Of a stretch of 64,000 nucleotides of DNA, positions 18,958 to 29,312 are shown piece by piece. Each line of letters begins with the position of its first letter. The stretch's first letter is position 1. Source of the DNA: an uncultured Verrucomicrobiota bacterium (GTDB lineage: Bacteria; Verrucomicrobiota; Verrucomicrobiia; Limisphaerales; AAA164-E04); the NCBI GenBank assembly GCA_964342825.1, contig CAYFHO010000009.1:13292-77291 (forward strand), given 5' to 3'. Made by a program: the position numbers and the translations under genes. The notes beneath the pieces are model-generated. The model was not told where the DNA came from. It saw only the letters and a program-made list of their open reading frames with translations, and ran no database searches.

Positions 18958-21900
18958 ATGTTTTCACGATTGAATTTAATTTCTAGCCAGGTACTTCAGA
19001 TCCTTTTGCTGTTTTTAATCTTAAAACCAACGGCAAGGTCTGAGGTTTATGAAGGTTTTCTTCCCAAAAACATCACTGGGGTATCCTCATTTTTAGAACA
19101 ATACCCGAATTTTGATGGACGAGGTATCAAGATCGCGGTTCTGGACTCCGGCATCGATCCAGGTGCTCCCGGGTTAGCTCTCACAAGCAATGGATTACCC
19201 AAAGTCATTGATGTTTTGGATGCGACTGGCAGTGGAGATGTCAATACCACTCATGTTGCACGGGCTGATTCAAAATCAGAGGTCAAGGGGCTCAGTGGTC
19301 GCACACTGCATCTAAATCCAGAATGGACAGCAGCAAATCCAGATCTGCATTTGGGTGTCGTTAGTGGATTCGACATTTTTCCGGGCAATGTGATCTCCCA
19401 ATATAAGAAACACGCAAAGATCCAAATGACGGAAACCAACAAGGTTTACATCAAGAAAACCGAACAGGCACTTGAAACACTGGAGGAAACAGCCCCTGAA
19501 GATGCAGTCAAAATCCAGGACCTGAAGGATCAACTGGATTTATTGAGCGAAATGGAAGGTTCATTTGAAGCTCAGAGCCCAGTTTATGACTGTGCAGTGT
19601 TTTTATTAGATGGCTTGTGGCGTGCAGTGATCGACACGGATGAAGATGGAGATTTAGAAGATGAAGTGTTGCTCGAAGATTATTCTCTCCATCAAAAGTA
19701 CACAGATTTTGGAGATCATACCCTAGTTAACTTTGGGGTTCACATCTATGACGAAGGAAATTTGCTTTCGATTGTCATTCCTTCCAGTGCGCACGGAACG
19801 CATGTGGCTGGGATCATAGGCGCCCATTTTCCAGATTCACCTGAACGCAGCGGAATAGCGCCGGGTGTGCAGTTGGTTTCCATCAAAATTGGGGATACGC
19901 GGCTGGACGGAATGGAAACTGGAATCGCACTTCAGCGGGCTTTGAGGATGGTAAAGGATTTGGATTGTGACATGATCAATATGAGCTACGGAGAACCTAC
20001 CTCCACACCTAACCACGGATGGTTCATCGATCAAGTGAATGAGCTTGTCCGCGAACAAAATGTGGTCTTTGTTGCGTCAGCCGGCAACTCAGGGCCGGCA
20101 CTCTCAACAGTTGGCGCTCCAGGCGGCACCAGTACATCCATCCTGGCGGTAGGTGCCTATGTCCACTCAACGATGATGCCTCTTCAATATGGGATGGCCC
20201 ATGCTCCGCAAGATAATCTATATACCTGGTCATCCAGAGGCCCAACCACTGACGGAGATATTGGTGTGAACTTTTGTGCTCCAGGAGGCGCCATTGCTCC
20301 CGTTCCGACCTCAAGTATTGTTCCCGCGATGCAAATGAACGGCACGTCCATGGCATCCCCCTATGCGTGCGGTTCAGTTGCGCTTATTTTGAGTGGGCTT
20401 AAGATAGAGAGGATCCCCTACTCTTATTATGATGTGCGAATAGCCATTGAGGAGGGGGCGAAAATTCAGAACCACCTGGATCAATTTTCTCAAGGTTACG
20501 GATTGATTCAGGTTGGTACATCCTTTGATTGGTTTAAAAGTTCCAGTTTTGTGACACCAAAAATTGGATTTGAAATTCGCAATACCAGCCAGGAAAACGG
20601 GAGGGGCATTTTACTGCGCGAACCTTCGGAGACTAAGGCACAAAACTCCCATTCCATTCGAATCGAACCCGTTTTCCCTGAATCCGTTGATACAAAAACC
20701 AAGGCATCTTTTGAGATCTGGGCTCAGTTAAGTTCGGATGTTTCCTGGATTCAATACCCTGATTCAGTGCTTATTCATCAGAATGGTGGAAAAGTAAATG
20801 TTATCATCGATCCCAGTAAACTTTCAGAAGGTGCCCATTTCGCTGTGATTAAAGGTAAAAACCAAATGGATGGACAAACGCTGTTTAAAATTCCGGTAAC
20901 CGTGATCATTGGGAAAAAATTCAGTGAAAATAAGAAATCTCAGTGGCAAGAGCGCATAACTCTTGAACCTGGTGGAATACAGCGCGTGTTTTTGAGACCT
21001 CCTTCCTGGGCGCAGTGGGCTGAGTTCACGATAGATTCTACCCAAGCAATATCGACTGATCGTTTGGCCCTACATACGGTTCAATTATTGGATGACCAGC
21101 GTTTTAATGCGGTAGAGTGGAAAAGGTATATTTCAGGAGAATCACTTACAGATTATCAATCTTGGATACCCGTAAATGGAAATCCTTTGATGGAGTGGGC
21201 GTTTGCGTCTTATTGGTCCAATCGCGAAACGTTAAAATTAGATGTCCAAATCACCTTTAAAGGTGTGGAAGGGATTCAAGAATCATACTCGTTGTCAGCT
21301 GCAAAAACTCCTATCAGAGGAAATGTTCAAGGAATACAAGATACTATCCATCTAAAACCTCGCGGACAGCTCACACATGCTGAGTTTAGCTTGCACCCCA
21401 AGAGCGCCTCCATTCAAAAGTCAAGTGATCCCAGAGATATACTTGTCGACGACAGGGAATTACATGAATTAAATCTGATTTATGAGTGGAACAATACTGG
21501 ATTCAAGTCGGTAAGGGTAAGTTGGAATGCTCTTTCAGAAGTTTTATATGATTCACCTTATTCTTCACTCCTGTGGAAAATTACTAATCCAAACGGAAAA
21601 GTCATTGTTTATGATGATGCCTGGTCAGAGCCTGTCAGTTTGGGGGATGGATTACATCAAATATCACTGACTGTTTGGCATGACGACCACTCGAGTCTTG
21701 AATCACTGAAAAAGCTTCCCCTGAATATTCAGAGTCCGCTGAGCAAGCCAAGCCCAATTTGGATTGGATCCAACGTTCAATCTGCCGCGTTCCTTAAATC
21801 CTCAAGTTTAAAGTTCAACACCATTCATGCAGATGAGAATCATTCTTTTTTGATCTCTTCCGGATCGAATCCCTTGCCTGGGGATAAGACTGACAAGTCC

Positions 21901-22734
21901 AATATGACTTTTACGGGGACATTACAATGGACCAACGATGAATTTCACCATGGGGCTAAGCTTAAATCTAAAGTCTTTCTTCATCCATCACGGACTACTC
22001 ACCAAAAAAATGATCTGGATAAAACGCCATTAGGAGAAGATTCCAATCAGGGAATGGAAGAGAGTTGGTGGAACTTCAGGCTAAATCGATTAAAGGCCTT
22101 ATCCAAAATGGAAGGCAAATCAGAAGCATTTGATGTTCTTTACGATCAGTTGATTCATGAAAAGCCAGGTTCCATCGAAGTTCAAAAGGCCTTGTTGGAG
22201 CGTTTAGACAGTGATGAAAATCGGAAACAACACCTTGATTCAATCCTGCCTCTTTTAGGTCAGATCATTGAACAGCTTCCAGTCCAGCGGATTCGGGATT
22301 ATTTTGCCGTCAGACATGCTCCCGACTCTTCTGACGAACGCAAAACAGATTCAGAAAAAAAGAAACAGAAAGCCCTGCTCCTGGATTTGATATATCGAAA
22401 AGCCCGAGCTTTGGCATATCAGGAAACCCTTAAAGGAGAACAAACAAAAGCTTTTGAAGAAGCCTTGCAGGAACTTCGAAGTTGGGTTGATACGAGTCAG
22501 TCTCCTTATCATTTGTTGGATGTTCGTGAGCTGCGAAGGAAGAAAGCCTTCGGTTCGGCAATTAAGTTATTGAACCATTCCATAGAGCAAGAACCTGATA
22601 ATTTGAAATTACTGAACAAGAGGATCAAACTCTTTCGTTCTCTTTCATGGCCGTATTGGGCTCATCATGAACATGTAAGAAACTTTCATCAGCTTCCAAA
22701 ACTGGTATCATCTCTTGATTCTAAAGATAACTGA
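18958..22734 (+). CDS. Tripeptidyl-peptidase II homologue (subtilisin S8A) with putative signal peptide
   Basis: DGRGIKIAVLDSGIDPGAPGL, DATGSGDV, HGTHVAGI, SAGNSGPALSTVGAPGG, WSSRGPT, MNGTSMASP; 1258 aa, the size of eukaryotic TPPII. Confidence 0.9.
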   Translation: MFSRLNLISSQVLQILLLFLILKPTARSEVYEGFLPKNITGVSSFLEQYPNFDGRGIKIAVLDSGIDPGAPGLALTSNGLPKVIDVLDATGSGDVNTTHVARADSKSEVKGLSGRTLHLNPEWTAANPDLHLGVVSGFDIFPGNVISQYKKHAKIQMTETNKVYIKKTEQALETLEETAPEDAVKIQDLKDQLDLLSEMEGSFEAQSPVYDCAVFLLDGLWRAVIDTDEDGDLEDEVLLEDYSLHQKYTDFGDHTLVNFGVHIYDEGNLLSIVIPSSAHGTHVAGIIGAHFPDSPERSGIAPGVQLVSIKIGDTRLDGMETGIALQRALRMVKDLDCDMINMSYGEPTSTPNHGWFIDQVNELVREQNVVFVASAGNSGPALSTVGAPGGTSTSILAVGAYVHSTMMPLQYGMAHAPQDNLYTWSSRGPTTDGDIGVNFCAPGGAIAPVPTSSIVPAMQMNGTSMASPYACGSVALILSGLKIERIPYSYYDVRIAIEEGAKIQNHLDQFSQGYGLIQVGTSFDWFKSSSFVTPKIGFEIRNTSQENGRGILLREPSETKAQNSHSIRIEPVFPESVDTKTKASFEIWAQLSSDVSWIQYPDSVLIHQNGGKVNVIIDPSKLSEGAHFAVIKGKNQMDGQTLFKIPVTVIIGKKFSENKKSQWQERITLEPGGIQRVFLRPPSWAQWAEFTIDSTQAISTDRLALHTVQLLDDQRFNAVEWKRYISGESLTDYQSWIPVNGNPLMEWAFASYWSNRETLKLDVQITFKGVEGIQESYSLSAAKTPIRGNVQGIQDTIHLKPRGQLTHAEFSLHPKSASIQKSSDPRDILVDDRELHELNLIYEWNNTGFKSVRVSWNALSEVLYDSPYSSLLWKITNPNGKVIVYDDAWSEPVSLGDGLHQISLTVWHDDHSSLESLKKLPLNIQSPLSKPSPIWIGSNVQSAAFLKSSSLKFNTIHADENHSFLISSGSNPLPGDKTDKSNMTFTGTLQWTNDEFHHGAKLKSKVFLHPSRTTHQKNDLDKTPLGEDSNQGMEESWWNFRLNRLKALSKMEGKSEAFDVLYDQLIHEKPGSIEVQKALLERLDSDENRKQHLDSILPLLGQIIEQLPVQRIRDYFAVRHAPDSSDERKTDSEKKKQKALLLDLIYRKARALAYQETLKGEQTKAFEEALQELRSWVDTSQSPYHLLDVRELRRKKAFGSAIKLLNHSIEQEPDNLKLLNKRIKLFRSLSWPYWAHHEHVRNFHQLPKLVSSLDSKDN

Positions 22735-22800
22735 TTCGATTAAAGCCCTGAAAACAACAGGCAATTAATGTTCAATGAGGCATTTTTCTCGAACTAGAGC

Positions 22801-22829
22801 TTGCAGCGCCTCCGTATTTTCTCTATTTA
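22801..22829 (+). promoter_or_regulatory. Putative sigma70 promoter about 330 bp upstream of rpoD
   Basis: TTGCAG-N17-TATTTA. Confidence 0.35.
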
Positions 22830-23032
22830 TCAACATTTCGTTTGAAAAAGTCAGCGATCTGGTTACTTTAAAATAGCGAAAAGCTGCAGGCGTCAAGGCG
22901 ATAGGAATGGCAAATAATTGATCTGACGGTGCCGTAGGACTCGGATTACTCCTGATCTTTACGAGAAACCACCGCAAAGTCCCGTTTTCGGGAATACCTG
23001 TCCACTGCCTTTGGCCTAATTAAACGGTTGGA

Positions 23033-23064
23033 GATTCGTTCAAGAAATTAAACGAATCCTTTTT
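23033..23064 (+). terminator. Terminator/attenuator-like hairpin upstream of rpoD
   Basis: gattcgtt-caagaaatta-aacgaatc followed by cttttt. Confidence 0.4.
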
Positions 23065-23156
23065 CATTTATTAAGGCGAAACATAAGGAACAAGGCTCGA
23101 AACGGGAAATCATCCACCTATGAATCTGGTGGGAAAAAGAATTATTTGTAAACCAT

Positions 23157-25277
23157 ATGGTCAAGAAATCTAAGAAATCAACTGCCAAGTCCAAACCATC
23201 AGCAAACACTAAAAAAGCTACTGCGAAAAAAACTGCCTCGGCAAAGAAGACTTCCAGCACCAAGGCTTCCTCAAAGAAAGCTTCTGCCAAAAAAACCGTT
23301 TCAAAACCCAAGGCAGTAGCTTCCAAAAAGAAAACAGCCAGCAAAGCAGCTCCCGCAAAAAAAGCAGCCAAGGCGGTGAAGAAAGCTCCAGCCAAAAAGG
23401 CTGCGTCCGCCAAAAAAACGTCAGCCTCTAAAAAGGTGGCTACCAAAACGGCTAGCAGCGCGGTAACAACCCCCAGGAAACCAGCTTCAAGTAAGGCTAA
23501 ATCGGCTACCAAATCAGGTAAAAAGCAAACCAAGAAGGAAGCCGTTGCACGAACGAAAGAGATTTTGGAAGAGATTCAGCGTCAAGCTAAAGCCAAAGCT
23601 AAGACCAAATCTGGGGAAGAATTGGATGCTCTAACTCCGCCTACTGGTAAATCCGGAGTTAACCTGACCGAATATGTCAAGGAGTTGCTCAGTCTGGCTC
23701 AAGAACAGGGTTACCTCACCTATGGGGATATTAATGAGGTGCTGCCCGAAGAAGTGATCACACCCGAGGATCTCGAGGAGGTTTATAATCGACTCAGAAA
23801 CCTGGATGTTGAAATCGTTGATCAAGCAGAAGTCGAACGCATCAAAAAGAATGATCAAAACGACGAGGAAGATGCGGGACGCTTGGACATTTTGGACGAT
23901 CCTGTCCGAATGTACATGAAACAAATGGGGAAAGTTCCCCTTTTGACACGCGAGCAAGAAGTTGAAATCTGTAAGCGCATCGAGGATGCTGAGATCGCCC
24001 AAAGGAAAATTGTTTACAGCATGGGGTTTGCCGGTAAGGAGCACATCGCTCTTGCTGAAAAACTCATTGCCGAGCCTCCCAAGGAGCGATTTGACAGGGT
24101 CATATTAGACAAAAAGATCGACAGTCGAGACAAGCATCTGAAATACCTTCGTCGATTGGTAAAACAGGTGCGTGAACAAGATCAGTTAGTCGACCAAAAA
24201 TATGCTGCCTGGCAAAAGGTGAGCAGCAAAAAATCTCAGCAGAAAAATCATGATGAGTTTCTGAAGGCAGATAAAAAGCTTCAGAACATGTTTTCGAAAT
24301 TTTACTTCAAGCAAAAAGTCATCGAAGAGATGACTCTGGTGACTGAAAACATTTTTGAAAAAATTCACGCCAGCCTGAATCTGATCAAGGATCTGGAAAA
24401 GCAGAAAGCTTCATCCCATCAACAGTCTTACATCCAGATGGAGGAGCAAAAGATTCATGCTTTGGAAGCGTTCGTCCGAATGCCTCATAATGACTATCTG
24501 GAATCCTATGATCGCTTGAAAGAATTTGCTGCCAAGGCACACCAGGCCAAAACCGAAATGGTTGAAGCAAACCTGCGTTTGGTGATCTCCATTGCCAAGA
24601 AGTACACCAACCGTGGACTTTCATTTCTCGATCTAATCCAGGAAGGCAACATGGGTTTGATGAAGGGCGTTGAAAAGTTTGAATACCGTCGTGGTTACAA
24701 ATTTTCCACCTATGCCACCTGGTGGATCCGCCAGGCCATCACCCGCTCTGTAGCCGATCAGGCACGAACGATTCGTATTCCTGTGCACATGATCGAAATC
24801 ATTAACAAGTTGATGCGCGTTCAAAAGCAGCTTCTTCAAGAATTTGGCAGAGAGCCAACTGCCGAGGAAATTGCGGATGAAATGAATCTTCCTGTTGATC
24901 GTGTCAGTGCCGTACTCAAAATGGCCCAGCAACCCATCTCGCTGGAATCTCCTGTGGGTGACAGTGGAGATGCTAATTTTGGTGATTTTATTGAGGATAA
25001 ATCCGCTGAGAATCCTTCGGATATGACGAGCCATCTCCTCCTCAGGGAACGTCTCAACGATGTGTTGACAACCTTGACGGAACGAGAAAGAAAGATTTTG
25101 GAGCTAAGGTTTGGATTGCACGACGGCTATGCCCGCACCTTGGAAGAAGTGGGTAAACAATTCAAAGTAACTCGAGAACGTATCCGACAGATTGAGGCCA
25201 AGGGGCTGCGTAAACTGCGGCACCCAACGCGAATTCGACAATTGCAGGGATTCCTGGAATCCGATGCAGCTGTTTAA
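23157..25277 (+). CDS. rpoD: RNA polymerase primary sigma factor with Lys/Ala-rich N-terminal extension
   Basis: Region 1.1 ([10 protein letters not shown]), 1.2 (DPVRMYM), 2 ([27 protein letters not shown]), 4 ([15 protein letters not shown]). Confidence 0.97.
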   Translation: MVKKSKKSTAKSKPSANTKKATAKKTASAKKTSSTKASSKKASAKKTVSKPKAVASKKKTASKAAPAKKAAKAVKKAPAKKAASAKKTSASKKVATKTASSAVTTPRKPASSKAKSATKSGKKQTKKEAVARTKEILEEIQRQAKAKAKTKSGEELDALTPPTGKSGVNLTEYVKELLSLAQEQGYLTYGDINEVLPEEVITPEDLEEVYNRLRNLDVEIVDQAEVERIKKNDQNDEEDAGRLDILDDPVRMYMKQMGKVPLLTREQEVEICKRIEDAEIAQRKIVYSMGFAGKEHIALAEKLIAEPPKERFDRVILDKKIDSRDKHLKYLRRLVKQVREQDQLVDQKYAAWQKVSSKKSQQKNHDEFLKADKKLQNMFSKFYFKQKVIEEMTLVTENIFEKIHASLNLIKDLEKQKASSHQQSYIQMEEQKIHALEAFVRMPHNDYLESYDRLKEFAAKAHQAKTEMVEANLRLVISIAKKYTNRGLSFLDLIQEGNMGLMKGVEKFEYRRGYKFSTYATWWIRQAITRSVADQARTIRIPVHMIEIINKLMRVQKQLLQEFGREPTAEEIADEMNLPVDRVSAVLKMAQQPISLESPVGDSGDANFGDFIEDKSAENPSDMTSHLLLRERLNDVLTTLTERERKILELRFGLHDGYARTLEEVGKQFKVTRERIRQIEAKGLRKLRHPTRIRQLQGFLESDAAV

Positions 25278-25330
25278 GCCTTTGCATTATCCTTGAATTT
25301 ACGACTCCCCCGAAACACTGATTCTTTTGA

Positions 25331-26557
25331 GTGTTTCGGGGTTTTTTACAGCGGATGAAGCTCCGACACTATTTTACACATTACTCCAGTTTGGGAGGAG
25401 TCCAGTCCATTCTTGGAACTCACTTGAAGTATGACGGGACTGCCGGACTCACACCAACCCTTCTTGCCTTCTTTGATTCTAATGTGAATCGCTCCGGTAA
25501 TGAAAAAGTGAAAGGTCTGAACTGGCATGGACTTTCCAGTATTCAGGGAGCTCGGGCATCTTTCCGGCAACATGAATTTGACAATCAATATGATTGTTGC
25601 GTTTACCACGATTTATGGGGACTAGCTTTTTTGGCTGATTTGGATCACTGCCATTATCGAATAGGAGCAATCCATTCTCATTGGCCTCATCTTGAATTTC
25701 AACTCAAGCAGTTGGATGGATTCGTGGACGGAGTTTTTTGTGACAGTCAAGCATTGGCTGATTTGGCCATAAAATGCATCCCAGGACTCACTCCAGATCG
25801 CGCGATTCATTTGCCAGTCCCAATCAAAACTTGCCCCCCAAAATACCGTCAAACCCGCACTCCGTTGAAAGGAAGGCCGCTTAAGTTAGGTTTTGTGGGA
25901 AGGTTGGATCACCTGCAAAAAAGGGTAGAACGATTCATCCCAATGGTGGAATGTCTCGATCAAAGGGGAATCCAATATGAATTAGAATTTCTTGGGGATG
26001 GCACTGCACGCCGTACGCTTGAAAACGCTTTCAAGGGTAAAGACCATATACGGATGCATGGAAAAAAATCAGGGGATGATTACTGGCGTATTTTGGGAAC
26101 CTGGGATTTTGTTATCTATACGAGTGATTTTGAGGGATCTCCCTTGGCTATGCAGGAAGCATTAAATGCAGGGTGCATCCCCATCTTTCCCAGGATCAAT
26201 TGTGGAGGTGATTTGGTGGTTGAGGAACTGCATTCTAGCTTGCTTTATCCTCAGGAGGATTACCCAGCCGTCGCAAGCATCCTGATGGATTGGTCCAAGC
26301 GTTCAAATGAATTCGTAGAACAGATTCGCAAGCAGGCAATCATTTTGAGCTCTGAATACGCCGAGGAAAAATATCACGCAAAATTCATGAACTTTTTAAC
26401 TCACATAACTTCACAACCTGCCATCTCCCTGCATCCAGTGCCAAGCCGGTCACAAACTTGGACAGATTATCTTCCATTTTCAGCAATACGACGCTGGTGC
26501 CCAAAAGCATTTTTCAAATACCAAACCAAGCAACTTGTTACTAATCCAGACCGCTGA
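25331..26557 (+). CDS. Glycosyltransferase family 4 (GT-B)
   Basis: GFVGRL..QKR, FLGDG, SDFEGSPLAMQEA (EX7E). Confidence 0.85.
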   Translation: MFRGFLQRMKLRHYFTHYSSLGGVQSILGTHLKYDGTAGLTPTLLAFFDSNVNRSGNEKVKGLNWHGLSSIQGARASFRQHEFDNQYDCCVYHDLWGLAFLADLDHCHYRIGAIHSHWPHLEFQLKQLDGFVDGVFCDSQALADLAIKCIPGLTPDRAIHLPVPIKTCPPKYRQTRTPLKGRPLKLGFVGRLDHLQKRVERFIPMVECLDQRGIQYELEFLGDGTARRTLENAFKGKDHIRMHGKKSGDDYWRILGTWDFVIYTSDFEGSPLAMQEALNAGCIPIFPRINCGGDLVVEELHSSLLYPQEDYPAVASILMDWSKRSNEFVEQIRKQAIILSSEYAEEKYHAKFMNFLTHITSQPAISLHPVPSRSQTWTDYLPFSAIRRWCPKAFFKYQTKQLVTNPDR

Positions 26558-26562
26558 ACCTT

Positions 26563-27015
26563 CTATAGTCTGCCCTCTTCCAAATCATACACATCGAACC
26601 ACACATACACAGGTCGGTGATCGGGGACGTGTTCAGGTATGTAGGTCTCCAGGAAGACTTGATTCGCTTCCGGTAATTCGCTGATTCTCAATTCGCGCAT
26701 TTGGTTGTTCCATTGAATGATCTCAAAATCGGATCTTTTCTTTGCATTTGCTTGGATCCAATTGGCTACCTCATCATCCGAAGCTCCGGTCGATACAAAG
26801 TCCTTGAAGGAATCCGCGTTGATTTCTGCGAATTTTAGAAATTGGTTATCCAGAGGGCAATCGAAGTGATAATCACCTTGCGTCTCGGCAAGCACAGCCC
26901 TGCATTTATCCAACATTCTGGCGGCAACGACATATCCACCCAGGACTGACCTTGGGCTGCGTGGAAAAGTCTTCGTTAAATCCAAAGCGATATGATCTAA
27001 TTTTGAGTGGCTCAT
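26563..27015 (-). CDS. DUF5069-like protein
   Basis: DLTKTFPRSPR, RMLDKCRA, YHFDCPLD, DLEEGRL pattern, recognised from memory. Confidence 0.7.
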   Translation of the reverse strand: MSHSKLDHIALDLTKTFPRSPRSVLGGYVVAARMLDKCRAVLAETQGDYHFDCPLDNQFLKFAEINADSFKDFVSTGASDDEVANWIQANAKKRSDFEIIQWNNQMRELRISELPEANQVFLETYIPEHVPDHRPVYVWFDVYDLEEGRL

Positions 27016-27080
27016 GATTTAAAAGAAATCTAAATGACCATGAAATTCCAGAAGAATCGAAATACTTAGGTATGGAATCA

Positions 27081-29159
27081 TCACGTTGTTTTCTGCCGGG
27101 CTGATTTTTTAAGCTGAATCTTTTTCCGAGAATGCTTTTTTTTGGTTCGATAGCTGACCTTGGTAGGAGTTGGTTTATTGATAACAGCCACTTCCATCCC
27201 GGCACTGCGTTTCAATTCTCGAATTTGATCGCGCAGCAAAGCAGCTTTTTCAAATTCAAGATTAACGGACGCTTGCTGCATTTCGATTTCCAAATCTTTG
27301 ATCGTTTCGGTGACGTCCAGGTTGTCAGCGGTTTCCTGAAGGATTTGATCAGCTTGTTTCTTACCTTGCATTCGATACACCAAACCATCCTCAACCGCCC
27401 GGCTGACACTTCTTGGAGTGATTCCGTGCTTTTTGTTATGCTCTAATTGTTTTTGGCGACGATATTTTGAAATCGCAAGAAATGCCTTGATACTGCGTGT
27501 CATGACGTCCGCATATAGAAAGACCTTTCCGTTCAAATGGCGCGCAGCGCGTCCTGCGGTTTGAACCAGGCTGGTAGTTGAACGCAAGTACCCTTCTTTG
27601 TCAGCATCCAAGATCGCAACCATGGACACCTCTGGTAAATCCAGCCCCTCTCGCAGCAGGTTGATTCCTACCAAGACATCAAATTCTCCCTGTCTAAGTG
27701 CCCTCAATATTTCAACTCGTTCGATAGCATCGATCTCACTATGTAAATAACGAACCTCAATGCCTATTTCGCTCAAGTAATCGGTTAATTCTTCAGCTGT
27801 TCGTTTGGTCAGAGTAGTGACAAGCACGCGTTCCTTGAGTTCCACCCTTTTACGGGCTTCTTCTATGAGATCATCAATCTGCCCCTTGAGGGGTTTGACA
27901 ATAATTTCAGGATCGACCAAACCTGTAGGACGCACAATTTGCTCGACCACCTTGTGTTGAGCCCAGTCTAGCTCGCGATCAGCCGGGGTCGCACTCACGT
28001 AAATGGTTTGTTTTTGATGAGCCTGAAATTCTTCAAATCCAAGCGGTCGGTTGTCCAGTGCGCTGGGTAGTCTAAATCCATGTTCCACCAAAACGGTCTT
28101 GCGAGAACGGTCTCCAGCATACATCCCACCAACTTGAGGCACAGTGGCATGAGATTCGTCGATGACCAGTAGATAATCTTCGGGAAAAAAATCCAGAAGC
28201 GTGTAGGGTTTTGATCCTGGAGGTCTACCTGAAATGTGGCGAGAGTAGTTTTCTATTCCTGAGCAAAAACCCATTTCTTCCATCATTTCCAGGTCATATT
28301 CAGTACGCATTTTGATGCGTTGAGCTTCCAGTAATTTCCCCTCTTTTTCAAACTCGGCAATTCGATCTGTTAATTCCTCGCGTATCGACAGGATCGCTTT
28401 CTTCATTTTGGCGCGAGGTGTGACAAATTGTTTGCTGGGGTAAAATGTAACATAGTCCAATGATTCGATTCGGTTACCTGTCAGCGGGTCAAAGCGAGAA
28501 ATGCGATCCAGTTCGTCTCCAAAGAATTCAAGCCGGATTCCTTCTTCGATGTAGGCTGGGGTCACTTCTACCGTATCCCCCCTCACTCGGAATTTACCTG
28601 GTATCAGCGCCACATCATTGCGTTCATATTGCAAATCCACGAGGCGATGAAGAAACTGATCGCGTGAGATCGATTCACCGACCTTCAGTGGTATCATCAT
28701 GGCCTCATAATCTTCTTTGCTTCCCAAACCATAGATGCATGAAACACTGGCTACTACAATGACATCACGCCTGGATACAAGCGAGCTGGTGGTCGACAGC
28801 CGCAGCCTTTCGATTTCGTCATTAATGCTGGAATCTTTTTCAATGAAGGTATCTGTTTGGGGTAAATATGCTTCAGGTTGATAATAATCAAAGTAACTCA
28901 CAAAATATTCCACGGCGTTATTCGGGAAGAATGACTTAAACTCCGCATAGAGTTGTGCAGCCAGTGTTTTGTTGTGAGAAATGATTAGAGTTGGACGTTG
29001 TATCTCGGCAATGACATTGGCAATGGTAAATGTCTTACCTGATCCGGTGACCCCCAAAAGTACCTGATGTGCCTTAGACTCCTTGACTCCGGCAGTTAAT
29101 TGTCGGATGGCTTCGGGCTGATCTCCTGCAGGAGGAAAAGGTGCTTCCAGTTGAAACAT
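27081..29159 (-). CDS. uvrB: Excinuclease ABC subunit B
   Basis: GDQPEAI, GVTGSGKT, YYQPEAY, DESH, GINLLREGLD, C-terminal UVR domain. Confidence 0.98.
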   Translation of the reverse strand: MFQLEAPFPPAGDQPEAIRQLTAGVKESKAHQVLLGVTGSGKTFTIANVIAEIQRPTLIISHNKTLAAQLYAEFKSFFPNNAVEYFVSYFDYYQPEAYLPQTDTFIEKDSSINDEIERLRLSTTSSLVSRRDVIVVASVSCIYGLGSKEDYEAMMIPLKVGESISRDQFLHRLVDLQYERNDVALIPGKFRVRGDTVEVTPAYIEEGIRLEFFGDELDRISRFDPLTGNRIESLDYVTFYPSKQFVTPRAKMKKAILSIREELTDRIAEFEKEGKLLEAQRIKMRTEYDLEMMEEMGFCSGIENYSRHISGRPPGSKPYTLLDFFPEDYLLVIDESHATVPQVGGMYAGDRSRKTVLVEHGFRLPSALDNRPLGFEEFQAHQKQTIYVSATPADRELDWAQHKVVEQIVRPTGLVDPEIIVKPLKGQIDDLIEEARKRVELKERVLVTTLTKRTAEELTDYLSEIGIEVRYLHSEIDAIERVEILRALRQGEFDVLVGINLLREGLDLPEVSMVAILDADKEGYLRSTTSLVQTAGRAARHLNGKVFLYADVMTRSIKAFLAISKYRRQKQLEHNKKHGITPRSVSRAVEDGLVYRMQGKKQADQILQETADNLDVTETIKDLEIEMQQASVNLEFEKAALLRDQIRELKRSAGMEVAVINKPTPTKVSYRTKKKHSRKKIQLKKSARQKTT

Positions 29160-29194
29160 CAGAAAAACCTAGGTCACAATTCCTTCATCGTCAA
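29160..29194 (-). promoter_or_regulatory. Leaderless-type sigma70 promoter of uvrB
   Basis: Minus strand TTGACG-N17-TAGGTT-N6-ATG. Confidence 0.65.
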
Positions 29195-29312
29195 CAGGGG
29201 CCGAGTGTTGGTTTTCAGTTTATGTGACTTTTAGATCTGGAAACATTTTACCACGCGATTATGAATTGTGGATTCAGCAGTCATAGTGATAAAAAGAGCT
29301 TGTTAAGAATGA

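Noticed and set aside
23048-23533. 161-aa hydrophobic ORF on the minus strand
   Set aside because: Antisense shadow of the Lys/Ala repeats of rpoD
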